The notes under the pieces were generated by a model. That model was not told the origin of the DNA and ran no database searches. It saw only the letters and a list, made by a program, of their open reading frames with translations. A stretch of 63,856 bases of DNA, the filler included, from Bigelowiella natans CCMP2755 (taxonomy: Eukaryota > Protista > Cercozoa): the NCBI GenBank assembly GCA_000320545.1. It is 6 parts of 6 records of this genome, joined end to end, with 100 filler letters (N's around TTAATTAATTAA, not from the genome) between each part and the next. Parts side by side here need not be neighbours in the genome. Positions count along the whole stretch, not along the records: positions 42,649 to 56,019 come from ADNK01002792.1; positions 56,120 to 59,695 come from ADNK01001002.1; positions 59,796 to 62,702 come from ADNK01003663.1; positions 62,803 to 63,856 come from ADNK01002433.1; 2 more parts are not named here. One strand, 5' to 3'. Below, piece by piece: positions 51,613-63,856 of the stretch (position 1 is the first letter of the stretch; every line of letters starts with the position of its first letter). The position numbers were made by a program, and so were the translations under genes.

Positions 51613-54204
51613 ATCATTACATGTGTCTTTATCTCCTCTCTCTCTCTCTCTCTCTCTCTCTTGTGTGTGTGTGTGTTTGTGTGTGTTTGTGTGTTGGTGT
51701 CTGCGCGTATTTACAACATGTGAATATGTATTTGCTGTTGCTGTTGTTGTTGTTGTTGTTGTCATTGTTGTTGTCCCATCCTACATTCTCGGATACATTC
51801 TCGCTGCTCCAGCTGTTTTTCTTCTCTCCCAAACGAACTACAGCCATCATCACCAACATCACCAATATCGTATTTGATGGCATAAATATATAAACAAGGT
51901 ATCATCGGAGTTAAGGAAGATCACACACCCTCAAAACCTCCGCCACGATTCATCGTCGCGTGTGCGGTGGAGGAGGAGGCAGGGCACATGAGGAAACAAA
52001 TGAAGGACGTGAAAGACTTGCCACTGGGAGGCTGTCGTAGGTACTGGAAGCTTTTTCGAGGAAGCCATTCGCTTTTAAGATCCGCCAGCGTGCAATTTCG
52101 CAGTAGCAATCATGATATATTAGCGTGCTGTTCAGCACGTCGTGATGTTGTTGCGATCATTTGCAATGATGATGATGATGATGATGATAATGATGGTATT
52201 CTCTCTTCGAATTTCCCACATTTTTTCTCGCCCACATTTTTCTCTGGCGTCCTCTTTATCAGTGTCCAACAGCTCAGTAGTTTGGCCACCATCCTATCGT
52301 CTCTCCCCCCCCCCCCCCCCCCCCCCACTCTCTCTCACCCTCCGTTCTCTACGCTTAATTCTTCTTGAAACCGCAGACGAAGCCGCGGTAAGATTGGGGG
52401 GCATACTGTCGATCTCATATTAACGGATATAGGTTGTACTCTCCAAGATTAGTTACCTGCCCCCGCCCACCTGTCTTTCCTCCTTCCCTGACTGTAACAC
52501 TGACGCCACGCTTTCCCCGCCCCCCCCACCTCCCTTCACGCCTGGCCATCCCATCCTAATATAAGGGGAGATCAATGCGGCGAGAGTGCTGACAGCTGCA
52601 ATTCTGGAGGAAGGAGCGTCGATGGTGCGGGGGGTGGTAAACGTTGGGTGCTCTGGCGCACATGCGAAAAAGCTGGATGTGGGAGACGTCATCATTGGAA
52701 CAAGTATTGCTGCTACACTAACTGCGGCAGCGGCAGCAGTCGCCGTTGTCGTGCGTGCATGCCACCATCCGCGAGTGGACGATTGCCGTGGTGGCTTTGA
52801 GAAGAAAATTTGCGAATATACCTGCATACGATATCTACATTCATCAACACGCACACGCGCGCACAAATCACAGCGTAAGCACACCGCTCATCATCATCAC
52901 GCACGTGCGAATGCCCAACACAGGTGTCGTTCCTGCGGGCGCATTCCGCGTGAAACACGACGGGAGCTTGGACTTCAAAGGCTTCCAAACCATCGTCGGG
53001 GCGAAGAATGCGCGCTCCATATCGTCGCACCCGCCCTTCGTCAAGGCCGCCCAGCGAATTGCTGAGACGATAAAGTAAGTGTGGCGAGAGAAGTACGGAC
53101 GGTAGATGCCGTGGGCACGTTTTTCTAGCGCGTAACACGCCGTTGGTAGCCGGAAGATACCATCCCTTTCTTCGTCCGTTTTTTCTCTATCGATTATGAG
53201 GGGGGGGGGGGGGGGAGATCCCAAAAAAAGACTACGAGAAACGACAGATCATTTGGTCTTAAACAAACACGTATTCCTTCGTTTATTTGTCTCTCTCTCT
53301 CTCCCTCTCTCTTTCTCTCTCTCTCCGCAAGATTTCCCTCATGGCCAAAGAGCAGCAAAGCTCCAAGAGTTTTCAGTGGGAATGGTAGGAATAGCATGCG
53401 TTCTAGTTGTCACAGGCGGACTTCGTAGCCGCTGCCACCTGTAGCTCAAAAACCCCCCCCCCCCCCCCCCCCCCGTACGGTCCGTTCTAGACGATGTTCT
53501 CTGTAGTTGTGATGACTAGGACGGGGAGAACATGAGGATGAAACATATGCTGATTAATTTGAACGCAACACATACACACGCACACACACGCACACACACG
53601 CACGCACACGTACGCACGTAAATCACAGTGGCTTCGGCCGACATCTGGCTGCAATCGAAGAGCTCCATCGACGCTGTGCAACAAGAGTTCGGAACACTCT
53701 GCGAGGAGATGGTTGTTCGTGCGTGCCTATGTAGATATCTGTACGGGAGGGGGGTGGGGGGGGGGTTACGTGTACTTCCTTCTCTTGTATGAAACCTCGA
53801 GGAATATTTTAACCAACTTTGTGAGCCGATGTTTCAACCTTGCTGCCTCACTTCCTCCTCGTTTTCATTCTCATTCTCATTGCCGCCTCCCCATCCCCCC
53901 CCCCCAAATCTTTCCTTCACTCCATGTCACATTCCAGGAGGCGGCAGCAATTGGGAGTGTGTGCGCAAGTTTCGGCATCCCTTTCCTACTCATCAAGGAC
54001 ATATCCAACAACGAACTGCATGCAGAGAGGAATAAGTCAGGAGGAAATAGCGAAAAAAAGGGGGAAGAAAGTGTCACCTCTTCCTCGTGCACAGGCACAT
54101 CTGGGAACGGTGCCGGCCTGAATCTTGACGAAATTGGGCGCCGAGCCGCGCTTTTAGCTGTCGCTGCCATTCCCATATTGGGAGCTACGTGTGGGGACAA
54201 ATAG
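50417..54204 (+). CDS. WW-domain plus 5'-methylthioadenosine/SAH-nucleosidase-like (PNP_UDP_1) fusion protein; start uncertain
   Basis: WW: LWIQYVEQTSG|VPYYHNLTTFETSWEAP. Nucleosidase: FIVACAVEEEAGHM, GKIGGHTVDLILTDIG|EINAA, VVNVGCSGAHAKKLDVGDVII, SADIW, CEEM|EAAAIGSVCASFGIPFLLIKDISNNE. Linking splice phases are compatible. Confidence 0.8.
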
Positions 54205-54720
54205 CCATGCATGAGGCAGGAGACACAGCTCGGAGCAAGATAGAAGCGGGCTCCAACCAATCGCCGCAATGCGGCCTTGATTGCACACATCTACAAATCA
54301 CGTTGAACACTGTCGCTCCTTTCGCGAGAATTGTCAGCATCTTGCTGTAGGCTATTTCTATGCAAGGAATTGCATGGCCAAATCACTTTCAATAACTTTC
54401 TCGTACTGCTTACGCTGCCACGTCCCAGTCATCTAGCCGTAGGTAGAGTGGCACGTTAGCACGGTCTTTGCACTGCTTTGATCACGAATAATAAAGGAGT
54501 GCTCAGCTATGTCTCTCTACGGCGCGCTGCAATGCGAATAATGCATACTGCACACATTGAGGAGCATAACATAGCCGGTCGCTGCAGATTATATTACTTG
54601 TGCCCCTATTGGCGTCTATCACATGCAACAAATGTACGTGTACGATTTGCGCGTAATTCATGCATGTAATTGTCGCATCGTGTATACATGCATACTCACA
54701 CCCACGGAGTCTGCCACCTC
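54205..54720. repeat. Weaker CATG/TGCA-rich intergenic tract 6
   Basis: Between convergent stops at 54204 and ~54795. Confidence 0.4.
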
Positions 54721-54794
54721 ATATCTATGCGGCAATGTTTCGTTATTATATCAATCATTCTAAGCAATAATCTAAAAATATCACATTGCATTTC

Positions 54795-55960
54795 CTAACC
54801 TTTGGCAAATTCACTAAACGTCGGCCCTAGCCCAAGCAGATCAGCACCTAGAAGTAATGCTTCGATCACAACTGCCGTCGTCGCGCAATAAACTGGCAGC
54901 TGAACGTGCTCCTGCAGAGCTTCAGAATCGAAAGAGCTGGAAGACGAAGGAGAAGCGTCCGGGTCATATTCCGCCCTCTCACATCCCCCACGCACGCTGC
55001 TTTCCCAGTTTATGGCGTAGCTGCTCAAGATGCAGCAAAGAGTGACGACGAGGGTGATAGCTATGGTTGCGAATAATCGGCAAGCCAGCCAGATACAAGA
55101 CCGGCATTCTGACGTCGTTGTTGTCGTGGTGCTGCTCCTTGTAGCCGGTGGTGCCGCCGTCAAGGGCCAGTTTATCAGGTACACGCAAGTGAATATTCCT
55201 CCAAGGTTTGCCTAGTTGTGTGCATGCATGTATGTACGTATGTATGTATGTGAGGTGATTTCTATTTATTGTACTAACTGGCAACACGAATTATTTATGA
55301 TAGGAGAGCGAAGGGAAAAAGCCCATTCGACGTTTCATTCTCTCTGACATCTCCCAGATCCGCTCCGTCTCGCACTATCACGTTCAAACAACAACTACAA
55401 CAAACCGTAATGCCTAAGTCGTCGATGGTGCCAGCCCTGCAGCCGTCAATCTGGGATGCGAGCGCGAAGAAGTACACTGTGGCCATAACCATCATTGCCA
55501 CACGCATTAGCCAGTAGAGCGCCGATATCCCCAACGTCACGCACCGAATACAGCTGCCCTTCTTTGCCATGGAGTCCTCTGACTCATCCCAAAGGATATT
55601 GCTTGAGCTTGACTTCAAGTCGCTGGAGGTGGGGGCACCAGAATGGTAGTGTGCCACCCAGCTGATGTTTCGGAGGAAAAAGGAATTATCGCGATGGAGG
55701 GATTCTGATATATTCTCTTTCCCCTCAAAGGCGGAAGAGTGGCTAATGGAAGAGGGTGCAGATAATCCAGCTGCAGCCTTCGATTCCAAATTATCATTAG
55801 ATCTCTCGGGTATGAGCGATTTAGCCTCTTCTACTTCTTGTTCTTCTTCTTCTTCTGCCTCTTCATCGCCGTCGTCGCGGGCTATTGAAACTGCCACACT
55901 TGTGGAGGCCTCCTCATTTTCAGCATCATCTAATCCCGAAAGATCCTTCGAATGTGTTCA
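54795..55960 (-). CDS. Hypothetical multi-pass membrane protein, 5' truncated
   Basis: Two long minus-strand ORF segments with Cys-flanked hydrophobic helices (ISALYWLMRVAMMVMATVYFFALA; LFATIAITLVVTLCCILS). Confidence 0.45.
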
Positions 55961-56019
55961 TAATAATTAAATGCTACTGGGGGGGGAGCATCACCATAGT
56001 GTGATTGAGTGCCATCGTG

Positions 56020-56119
56020 NNNNNNNNNNNNNNNNNNNNNNNNNNNNNNNNNNNNNNNNNNNNTTAATTAATTAANNNNNNNNNNNNNNNNNNNNNNNNN
56101 NNNNNNNNNNNNNNNNNNN
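56020..56119. other. Artificial contig linker
   Basis: N44-TTAATTAATTAA-N44. Confidence 0.97.
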
Positions 56120-56157
56120 TAGGTAGGTAGGGTAGGTTAGGATAGGTAGTAGTAGAG

Positions 56158-56197
<40 letters not shown>

Positions 56198-56265
56198 ATT
56201 CACATTCACCTTACACATGCGAGCTACTATTTGAGCGCCCAATCGGCTCTCCGAATTGCTTCCTA

Positions 56266-56644
56266 GGCTGAGGAGTACCACCTACGGCAGGACAGAGATT
56301 GGTGGTGATACGATGGTCTCAGGAGGCATGATGACCAAAGTCAGAGGGCAGAACTTGCGGTGTACTACTATACAGTCACAGTATATCATGGGTATACATC
56401 CATGGAATGAGCGAAGGAGCTTTGTTAGGTCAAGCTCTCTACTGCTCCTCCTTTATGTTGTGCGTGCAAACGAACGATAGACCTGATCTTCAAATTCAGA
56501 TACTGCGGGAACAAGCGATGGAAGCACTTTCAAGGGGATATCAATGGTCCCGTTCTGATGTTGTTGTAGGCGATTTTTTGACGTTCCTTTGCACAAGACG
56601 ATTCTGGTTTTCCCGTTCTTTCGTGTATGGCGTACATGTTTGTC

Positions 56645-56709
<65 letters not shown>

Positions 56710-57833
56710 CGACCATCCCTACCACCCCTGCTCAAGAGTGTTGATTTCAGCCTTCTTCTTCTTCTTCTTCTTCTTCTTCCTTCTTCTTCTTCATGTCTTC
56801 TACTGGCGCTGCCACTACTTGGTGGATGTAGCAGAACGCTTTATCTGCAGGCATAGTATTAATCCGTTTGACTTCCTCAGGGCTGATCCTCAAGGGCTCC
56901 TTTCATGTAGATCAACGGTCAGGGATAGAATCGTGAGTTTCGGGAGAAAAAAGGTCCATACTTGTCGGGAGATCGACACGTTCACGTAAACACCTCCTGG
57001 CGGAGTCGGAGCCTGAATGTGCAACATATTGCTTTCTGATAAGATGGAGATACTACGGGGGAATTCTCCTCCTCATTCACGCACCCGTCTTCTCAAGCGA
57101 TCATTCGAGCACACCTGCATGTGTATCACAAGAAATTAGCCGGGGTGGTGCGAAACGCGAAGCTCTGACGGCGCGGTTCGGTTATCCATGTTCATCTGTC
57201 TTCACCCGAGAGTTATCTGAGAATATACGGCCGAGGATGAAGATTCCGAGGGCGAACAGAAGTGCTTTCCTCCGCCTCTTCGCTCTGCTCGACCCATCAG
57301 CCATTTGGATGGCTCCCGAGATGATCTCTGCTCGCGATCGGGAATATTTAGATACTTTATTGTCGATATAATATCTACATTTATTACTGAAAAATTCAAT
57401 ATCCTAGGTCCGGTAATTATCCACTCTTGGTTCGAAATAAAGATAAGTCATACCAGAAGTATCCTACAAAATTATACATTCTTGTCAGACCCAATCCCGA
57501 GCGAACATCGGAGATGGGTGCTCTTTCTACCAATCGCATTCGCCCGAAGCCGAAAGGATTTTTTTTGGTGGATAGTGTCTCGATAAAATAAATGTCAGAA
57601 TTTCGAAAATCGAAACAACAATAACAACAACAAAAACAACAACAAAAACTAAAAAAACTCAACCGCTAGTCCGTTCAGGATGGAATCCACGGTTTCGCCC
57701 CTCCCCTTCCCCCTTCCGAGGACATGTTTGGCTGACCATGACTTTTTCACGTTTGACAATCAGGGAGATGAACCCTCGAGAGCTCTACCCCCACGATTCA
57801 AGTCGACATCACACAAGCGATACCGCGCACAGA

Positions 57834-57864
<31 letters not shown>

Positions 57865-59361
57865 GAGAGAGAGATTTGCACCGTTCAAAACTCGGTGTCA
57901 CATTATGGTAATACATGTATTTGCAGCCATGAGACATTCTTCGGGCGCATGCTCTACATGTTCGACCAATTCGACCCTCGCCCCCTCTTTGCGACGGAGA
58001 CGCAGGTGCGTTGGACACGAATCAGCTTCTCTCCTTCGGGTTATGTTGATACTCTAACATCCAACCTGATGATGTGCTGCTCAGTTGAAGGAAGCTAAGG
58101 TTCTTGTAGAAGGATATCAATCAAGGAAATCAGACCCATCACCCCAGAAACTCGAGAAGGCTCAGAAGGTATTTCCCCATTCCGTCTCCCAAGAAGTAAC
58201 GTGAAGCGACAGTGTACTTCGTTCAGCTCGTTGAGTGCTGCCTACATCCCGACACCAAGGAGCCAATCTTCGTTCCATTTCGAGTCTCCGCATTTGTAAT
58301 AATAATAATAATAATTCTAATAATAATAATAATGTGAATAATAGCACATGACACATGACCATCTCACGATTCGTAGTGGCTTTTCTCCAGCCCCTAAACC
58401 GGGGAGGAGCTCATTCTGATTTAAATATTGTGCATCTGCCCACATACTTTGCCGCCTGTGACGACCTACTTGATCATCGAAGCTACCCATCGCAATACCC
58501 ATCGGTTAGTCGCGTCTTGTTCGTGTTCGACCTGCATTAATGAAGATCTTCTTTGTGTTGCGTTGCGGACATATCCCAAGGCCTCGGACTGCTCCAGCCA
58601 AACGCAGGTATAGGCTCCGTCATCTTCTGGCAGTGGATGAATCAGGTGGTTTCATGGCTTGACTCCTCGCGCCTGTTCCAAATGAGATGAATAGATAAAA
58701 GCAGATGACACTCGCTCATCATTGCTAACACAGACACACGCCGCGGCGATGAACTACGGCAACCGTCCTATACAGAAGGCCCATTCCAATAATGCGACGG
58801 TAGCGACTGGTAGTTGTAATAGAAGGAGAGGGAGGGAGATGAGGAGGAGCCAACATATGCTTAATAGGCAAGTTTTTCTCAAGATACGTCGACGAATCGC
58901 TAGGAACGACTTCTGCCATCACCGCCTGCCATATCATTGCTGCTGCTGCTGATGCTGATGCTGCTGATGATGATGCTGCACAAACACTGGCATTCTTCTG
59001 ATGAGATTGAACAACGTCAGAGCGTCAACGTTCTCGCAGCTCCCTGGGACTCGAGCATCAAGATCGAGAGGCGAGCCATCCATTCCTATTTGGTGTGTAC
59101 TACTCCCCGTCATCATATCCCCGGCCTCACATGCGTGTTAAAAACAATGCGCTTACACTTCCCCTCGGGAATCACCATGCTGTCGTCTCATGTTCTTTGC
59201 GCTGCTACGATGATAAGGGGGCAGTTGGCGCTGCAATGGGGGTCAGCCTATCGGTACGCTCAACCAAGACTATGACTCTAATATCATCATATGTGTTTCA
59301 CAACTTATTCGCCTTAGTTGGGCAACTTAATCTCCTCCTCCTCCTCCCTTTTCTACTCCTT

Positions 59362-59421
<60 letters not shown>

Positions 59422-59500
59422 CTAATCCCCTCCGCAGGTACGATCTATCTCCATGCGGATAAAGAACAAAACACTACTTCTCCTCGCTCCGGTCCCAGAA
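56266..59500 (+). CDS. Internal exons of a hypothetical protein
   Basis: AG/GT-bounded open segments such as LRSTTYGRTEIGGDTMVSGGMMTK, HSINPFDFLRADPQGLL, HETFFGRMLYMFDQFDPRPLF and LNIVHLPTYFAACDDLLDHR; no family recognised. Confidence 0.45.
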
Positions 59501-59695
59501 AGGGCAAGGGGGGTGGGTGGGAGGGAGCAGATAGAGATGTCGCAATGAGGCGATGATACGTTGATTTGATGACGATGGTTGGATGATTTCATCGTAGGTG
59601 TGCGGGGTTGTGTCAGCAGCTGTGGCGAACCTCTATCTCACTAGGAAGCATGAGCTAGAGTAATTGCTGATTGCCTTTCAAATGACGACGCTTTG

Positions 59696-59795
59696 NNNNN
59701 NNNNNNNNNNNNNNNNNNNNNNNNNNNNNNNNNNNNNNNTTAATTAATTAANNNNNNNNNNNNNNNNNNNNNNNNNNNNNNNNNNNNNNNNNNNN
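59696..59795. other. Artificial contig linker
   Basis: N44-TTAATTAATTAA-N44. Confidence 0.97.
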
Positions 59796-59825
59796 ATGCA
59801 AAAAATACCAAAAAACGTGTACGAA

Positions 59826-59863
<38 letters not shown>

Positions 59864-59920
59864 TATAACCGTGCACACGTGCTTAAAACTATCTTCCTCC
59901 TCTTCCTCGATGTTACGATA

Positions 59921-59959
<39 letters not shown>

Positions 59960-59976
59960 TTTCTCCCTCTCTCCAG

Positions 59977-60442
59977 GAGAGCCAATAGCTCAAGAAGGGG
60001 CCCTGAAGGTACTCGGTGTGAGACGGTTGGTTGTTGTTGTTATAGCATCAACTGCCTTGTTTGAGTGTAGCTGTGGGGGAGACTATATTCTTGTCATCGT
60101 GTAGGCGCAATGTTTGCTGGGAATACGTGCGTGCATGTGCGCGCGTATGTGATGCACTTTTCCTACTCGCTCTCCTGAGATATCGTGTTGTTGGAATGGC
60201 TGCTGCTGTTGTGCTACTGCTATGATTGCTTGCTGGCGCGACTTACCTCCCGTTATCATTATAGTTATTGCTAGTATTTGATGATTCGTTTGATTATTTA
60301 TTGCTTTTGTGCCAATCAATCGTGACAGATAAAGGAGATATCCTACATCCACGCGGAGGGGTATGGAGGAGGCTCTCTGAAGCACGGGTTGTAAGATGTG
60401 TGTTTGATATTTTTCGAGTAAATATTCTAAATAATTATGTGC

Positions 60443-60499
<57 letters not shown>

Positions 60500-61419
60500 T
60501 GTTTGCGTAAGTGCATATATCACGTACGATGATGACCTCTATCTGCCTACCCTCATCCTTCCTGCACCCCTTTCTTCTTCTGTTGCGTCCTCTGGAACCC
60601 TTCCTTTAATCACAACCACAGCCCATTTGCGCTCTTAGACAAAGGTCATTTCTCCCCTCCTCCCCGGGGGGCCCTCGTGTGTAGATTGTAATGCATGCCG
60701 ATGACAATGGTGAGGGGGAGGGAGACGCCCGCAGCATCTGTTCTTCTTCGGATGGGGTGTGCGCGGCGCCGAAAACCGAAAAAGACTTTGATTGTGAAGG
60801 AAAGAAAAAATGAAAAAATAAACAAAATAAAGCCATATCTCTTCATTTCCCCAGTAATTCGCACACACACACACATGCACACACACATGCACGCAGTCAC
60901 GTATCTCTTCTATCTACCATCTTCTAGGCACACCGGTGATATTCCTCATCCTGAGCGGTCCCAACGCACAGCACATGAGAATTGCAGCTCAAGAGGTTGG
61001 CATTAGCTAGTAGGTGTACTTAAGTATACATATGTATACATATTGCATTTATGCTGTGTTTATATATATTTCCTCCCTGTCTTAGGTGAAGGCCAGAGGC
61101 GCATTTAACATCTGCATTACGGACGATCCCGCACTTTGCCGGGGGGTGGCAGATGAGGTTGTGTTGCGGTGATGATGATGATGACGACGATGATGATGAT
61201 GACTGCCTGATGCCATGGGAGACTATAATGAGGGAGGGGGGTAGGAGAGAAAGGTTGGTGGCAGTGCTGCGTAGAGATGAAGTAACACAAGAACGAATGG
61301 CGTTTTTCGAATATGATGAAACTATCGTTCCTTAGATCATTCCTATTCCGAGCAATGGGCCCTTGACAGCCTTACTGGCAGTGGTAGTGCTGCATTTGTG
61401 TGTGTGTGCGTGCGTGTGC

Positions 61420-61454
<35 letters not shown>

Positions 61455-61786
61455 TATACCTCCTCCCAGGCGCATGGATGATAGCTCTAGTCGATGATAA
61501 CAAGTAGACGTCATCTTGTTGAAACAACCTACGCAACACCTCGCCCATTGCCCGCAGGTCCCTCTGCAGCTCCTAGCCTACGAGCTCTCGGTGATGAAAG
61601 GTACTTTACTACTACATGCCGCATAGGGATACAGCCTACTCCATCTGCCCAATTTGCTCATAAGGACGTTGCGTGTTGTTGTTGTTGTTGTTTGTATTTG
61701 GTGATGGTGGTGGTTTATGTGGTGGTGGTGCAGGGATCAATCCGGACAAGCCTCGGCATCTAGCGAAAGCTGTGACAGTGGATTAG
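59977..61786 (+). CDS. glmS: Glutamine:fructose-6-phosphate amidotransferase (GFAT/GlmS), C-terminal SIS domain; 5' truncated
   Basis: Eight small exons missed by the ORF track: EPIAQEGALK|IKEISYIHAEGYGGGSLKHG|PFALLDK|GTPVIFLIL...AAQE|VKARGA...|IIPIPSNGPLTALLAV|VPLQLLAYELSVMK|GINPDKPRHLAKAVTVD*. Confidence 0.95.
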
Positions 61787-62024
61787 AATTGACACGGCCG
61801 TGTTGCATGCAGCAGCCAGGATGTACATCCACAGTCCTTCCCGTCGTCGCTGCATGAATCAAGATGTATTGTAGGGAAAAGGGTGGAGAACCGCGTCTGA
61901 ACGTCATCAAGTGATGGCACTGTGCCACCTCAAGACACAGACGTGAAATAAATCGACCACAGCAAATCAAAAATCGCAAATTGTCGCGCGAACCACGCAG
62001 TTGAACTCGCATGATTTCTGTCGG

Positions 62025-62545
62025 CGACGACTAGCTAGCTAGCTAGCTAGAGCGCGATGCTCAAGGATGAATCAGAGGTTCTGTTTCTCTGCCGTCGCGC
62101 GTGCGGCTGCAGTAATGAGTATGAGTGTGTGTGCAGCAGCGATCTAGCGATGGGATTCATGCAAGCTTGCTGCGATGCGATGGGGGAAGGCGGCGCCGGG
62201 GAGTGGGCAGAGCACAACATGGCGCATCGCAATGCGGCGGGTCCCGAGGCCAAGAGAGCAACAAGATCGCCGGCAGCGTTAGCGTTAGAGCACCTCGCGC
62301 TCTGCTAGCGTGCCATGTGCATGCATTGGATCGCAAACATGCTATCAATAGTGTCATGTGCGATGCGCCGCGTGCTACACAAGCTTACCGGACGCTTAGC
62401 TATACAGCCTCGAGCGCACGTGCAGATATCGGAATGAGCGAGTTGGGTAATAAATGTGGTCAAGCAATGTAACCTGGATTCCTGTGCGGCTGATCTTGGG
62501 TGCATGCCAACCACGTACACGACGATCATGCACACACACACGTAC
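62025..62545. repeat. CTAG/CATG-rich decayed tract 7
   Basis: Opens with a (CTAG)5 run at ~62030, downstream of the GFAT stop. Confidence 0.6.
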
Positions 62546-62702
62546 ACACACAGAGTGGCTGGGTCGCCTCTTCTTCCCTTCTCCTCTAGTCTAGATTGCG
62601 CCCTCGGGGTTTCTTCTTAGGCCGGTCATCGGGGTCCTGTGGCGTTGTTTGTTCGTGTCATCAGAGAGGGGGGGGGAGATGGGGAATGGGGGGGAGATGA
62701 GA

Positions 62703-62802
62703 NNNNNNNNNNNNNNNNNNNNNNNNNNNNNNNNNNNNNNNNNNNNTTAATTAATTAANNNNNNNNNNNNNNNNNNNNNNNNNNNNNNNNNNNNNNNNNN
62801 NN
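62703..62802. other. Artificial contig linker
   Basis: N44-TTAATTAATTAA-N44. Confidence 0.97.
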
Positions 62803-62807
62803 ATATA

Positions 62808-62847
<40 letters not shown>

Positions 62848-62931
62848 CTAGGCCGTATATTTTTGCCAAGAGCGGACTTCTTTCCAAGAGATAGTTGGGA
62901 TACATATATCACTCCCCCACCCTCCCTTTAG

Positions 62932-63810
62932 ATGACCAGAGATAAACTGCCAGACAAAGATTCTGAGTACGAAGGGTAGGCCGTTATACATTGCACATTT
63001 TACTTGACAAGGAGCCCCCCCCCCCCCCCCCCCCTGAGCGCTTTTATTCTCTCCAATTTATTCTCTCCAAGCTAGCTCCCTTTCGTTGCGACAACATTTA
63101 ATAAGTCCATGGTGCTGCTACCAACGCAGGGATGGAGGAGATATGAAGGACGCGATTGAGTTCGTTCTCCAAAACTTCGGTAGTAGCATGTGAAGCTATG
63201 TTCTCTTTCGTATTGAATTAAGTCGCGTGGGCGCATTCAGTTTTACACGACCGCGCGTGGCAGCATCGTAGTTGTGTGTTGTAGCTGCGGTAGTAGTAGT
63301 GGTAGTAGTAGTAGGAGTATTCCCATCATGACTCTACCCGCGATTTTTTTTCTACTTTCTGTTGTTCTAGGGGAGATGAATAAGCTGTGGGTGAGAATGC
63401 AGCATCAGGGAGCTCTGCGCGACCTCGGAAAGTAATGAGCAATGACAGAAGAGGAAGAGGAAGAAAGAGAAGATTGTGATAATGATGATGACGATGATTA
63501 GATAATGACGATGATGATGATGACGATGATGATGATGATGACGATGATGATGATGAGGAAGAAAAACCTTGGGTGCTGCGAATGATGCGGACGGAGAAGT
63601 ATGCATTTCCCCCGTTTACGAGAAGAGGCGCTTTCGATAATCGTATGCACGCGCAGAGCTTAGAAGAGAAGAGTAGATCTTGAATTCAAACGCGTGGCTC
63701 ACGATGCCGTCGGTTTATCCGAATTAAATTACTGCCAGGCGCGAGGAAGAGCGACGAAACTTGAAACAGCTGGTCGGAACTGCCCTTGTGCGTCTCGTCG
63801 GAGATGGAAG
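62932..63810 (+). CDS. VPS35: Retromer subunit VPS35, internal exons
   Basis: MTRDKLPDKDSEYEG|DGGDMKDAIEFVLQNF|GEMNKLWVRMQHQGALRDLGK|REEERRNLKQLVGTALVRL, the conserved VPS35 segment. Confidence 0.93.
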
Positions 63811-63856
63811 GTCCGTGCGGTTTGGGGGGGGAGGGGGGGGAGGGGGGGGGGGGGGC

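Noticed and set aside
80-63606. Most short six-frame ORFs rich in ERERER, YIYIYI, CVCVCV, HTHTHT or LSLSLS
   Set aside because: Translations of intronic microsatellites or antisense shadows of real exons.

Overview
Intron-rich eukaryotic (protist-like) genomic DNA, not prokaryotic. Five artificial 100-bp linkers (N44-TTAATTAATTAA-N44) split the window into six contigs. Genes are cut at the linkers and do not continue across them, so adjacency across a linker means nothing. Hand-splicing GT-AG exons gives: a guanylate-kinase-like gene, an FCP1/CPL-type CTD phosphatase, DNA2 (5' part), an EEF1AKMT4/METTL13-like methyltransferase (3' part), an animal-type phosphomevalonate kinase, a ~15-kb secreted LamG/fibrinogen-like multidomain gene, aprataxin (5' part), a double GST-N protein, an intronless ubiquitin-E2 variant with a triplicated C-terminal module, a WW-domain/MTA-SAH-nucleosidase fusion, GFAT/glmS (3' part), VPS35 (internal part) and several hypothetical genes. 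The most striking non-genic signal is seven tracts enriched in CTAG, CATG and TGCA. They lie just downstream of stop codons, often between convergent genes, and show internal evidence of C>T decay at CpG plus a second CC(A) context, consistent with a methylation- or RIP-like mutagenic silencing process. One tract holds a ~1.6-kb TIR-bounded non-autonomous element. A perfect 30-bp-stem hairpin sits just upstream of the PMVK gene. No rRNA, tRNA, CRISPR array or transposase was recognised. Exon boundaries are hand-derived and approximate.
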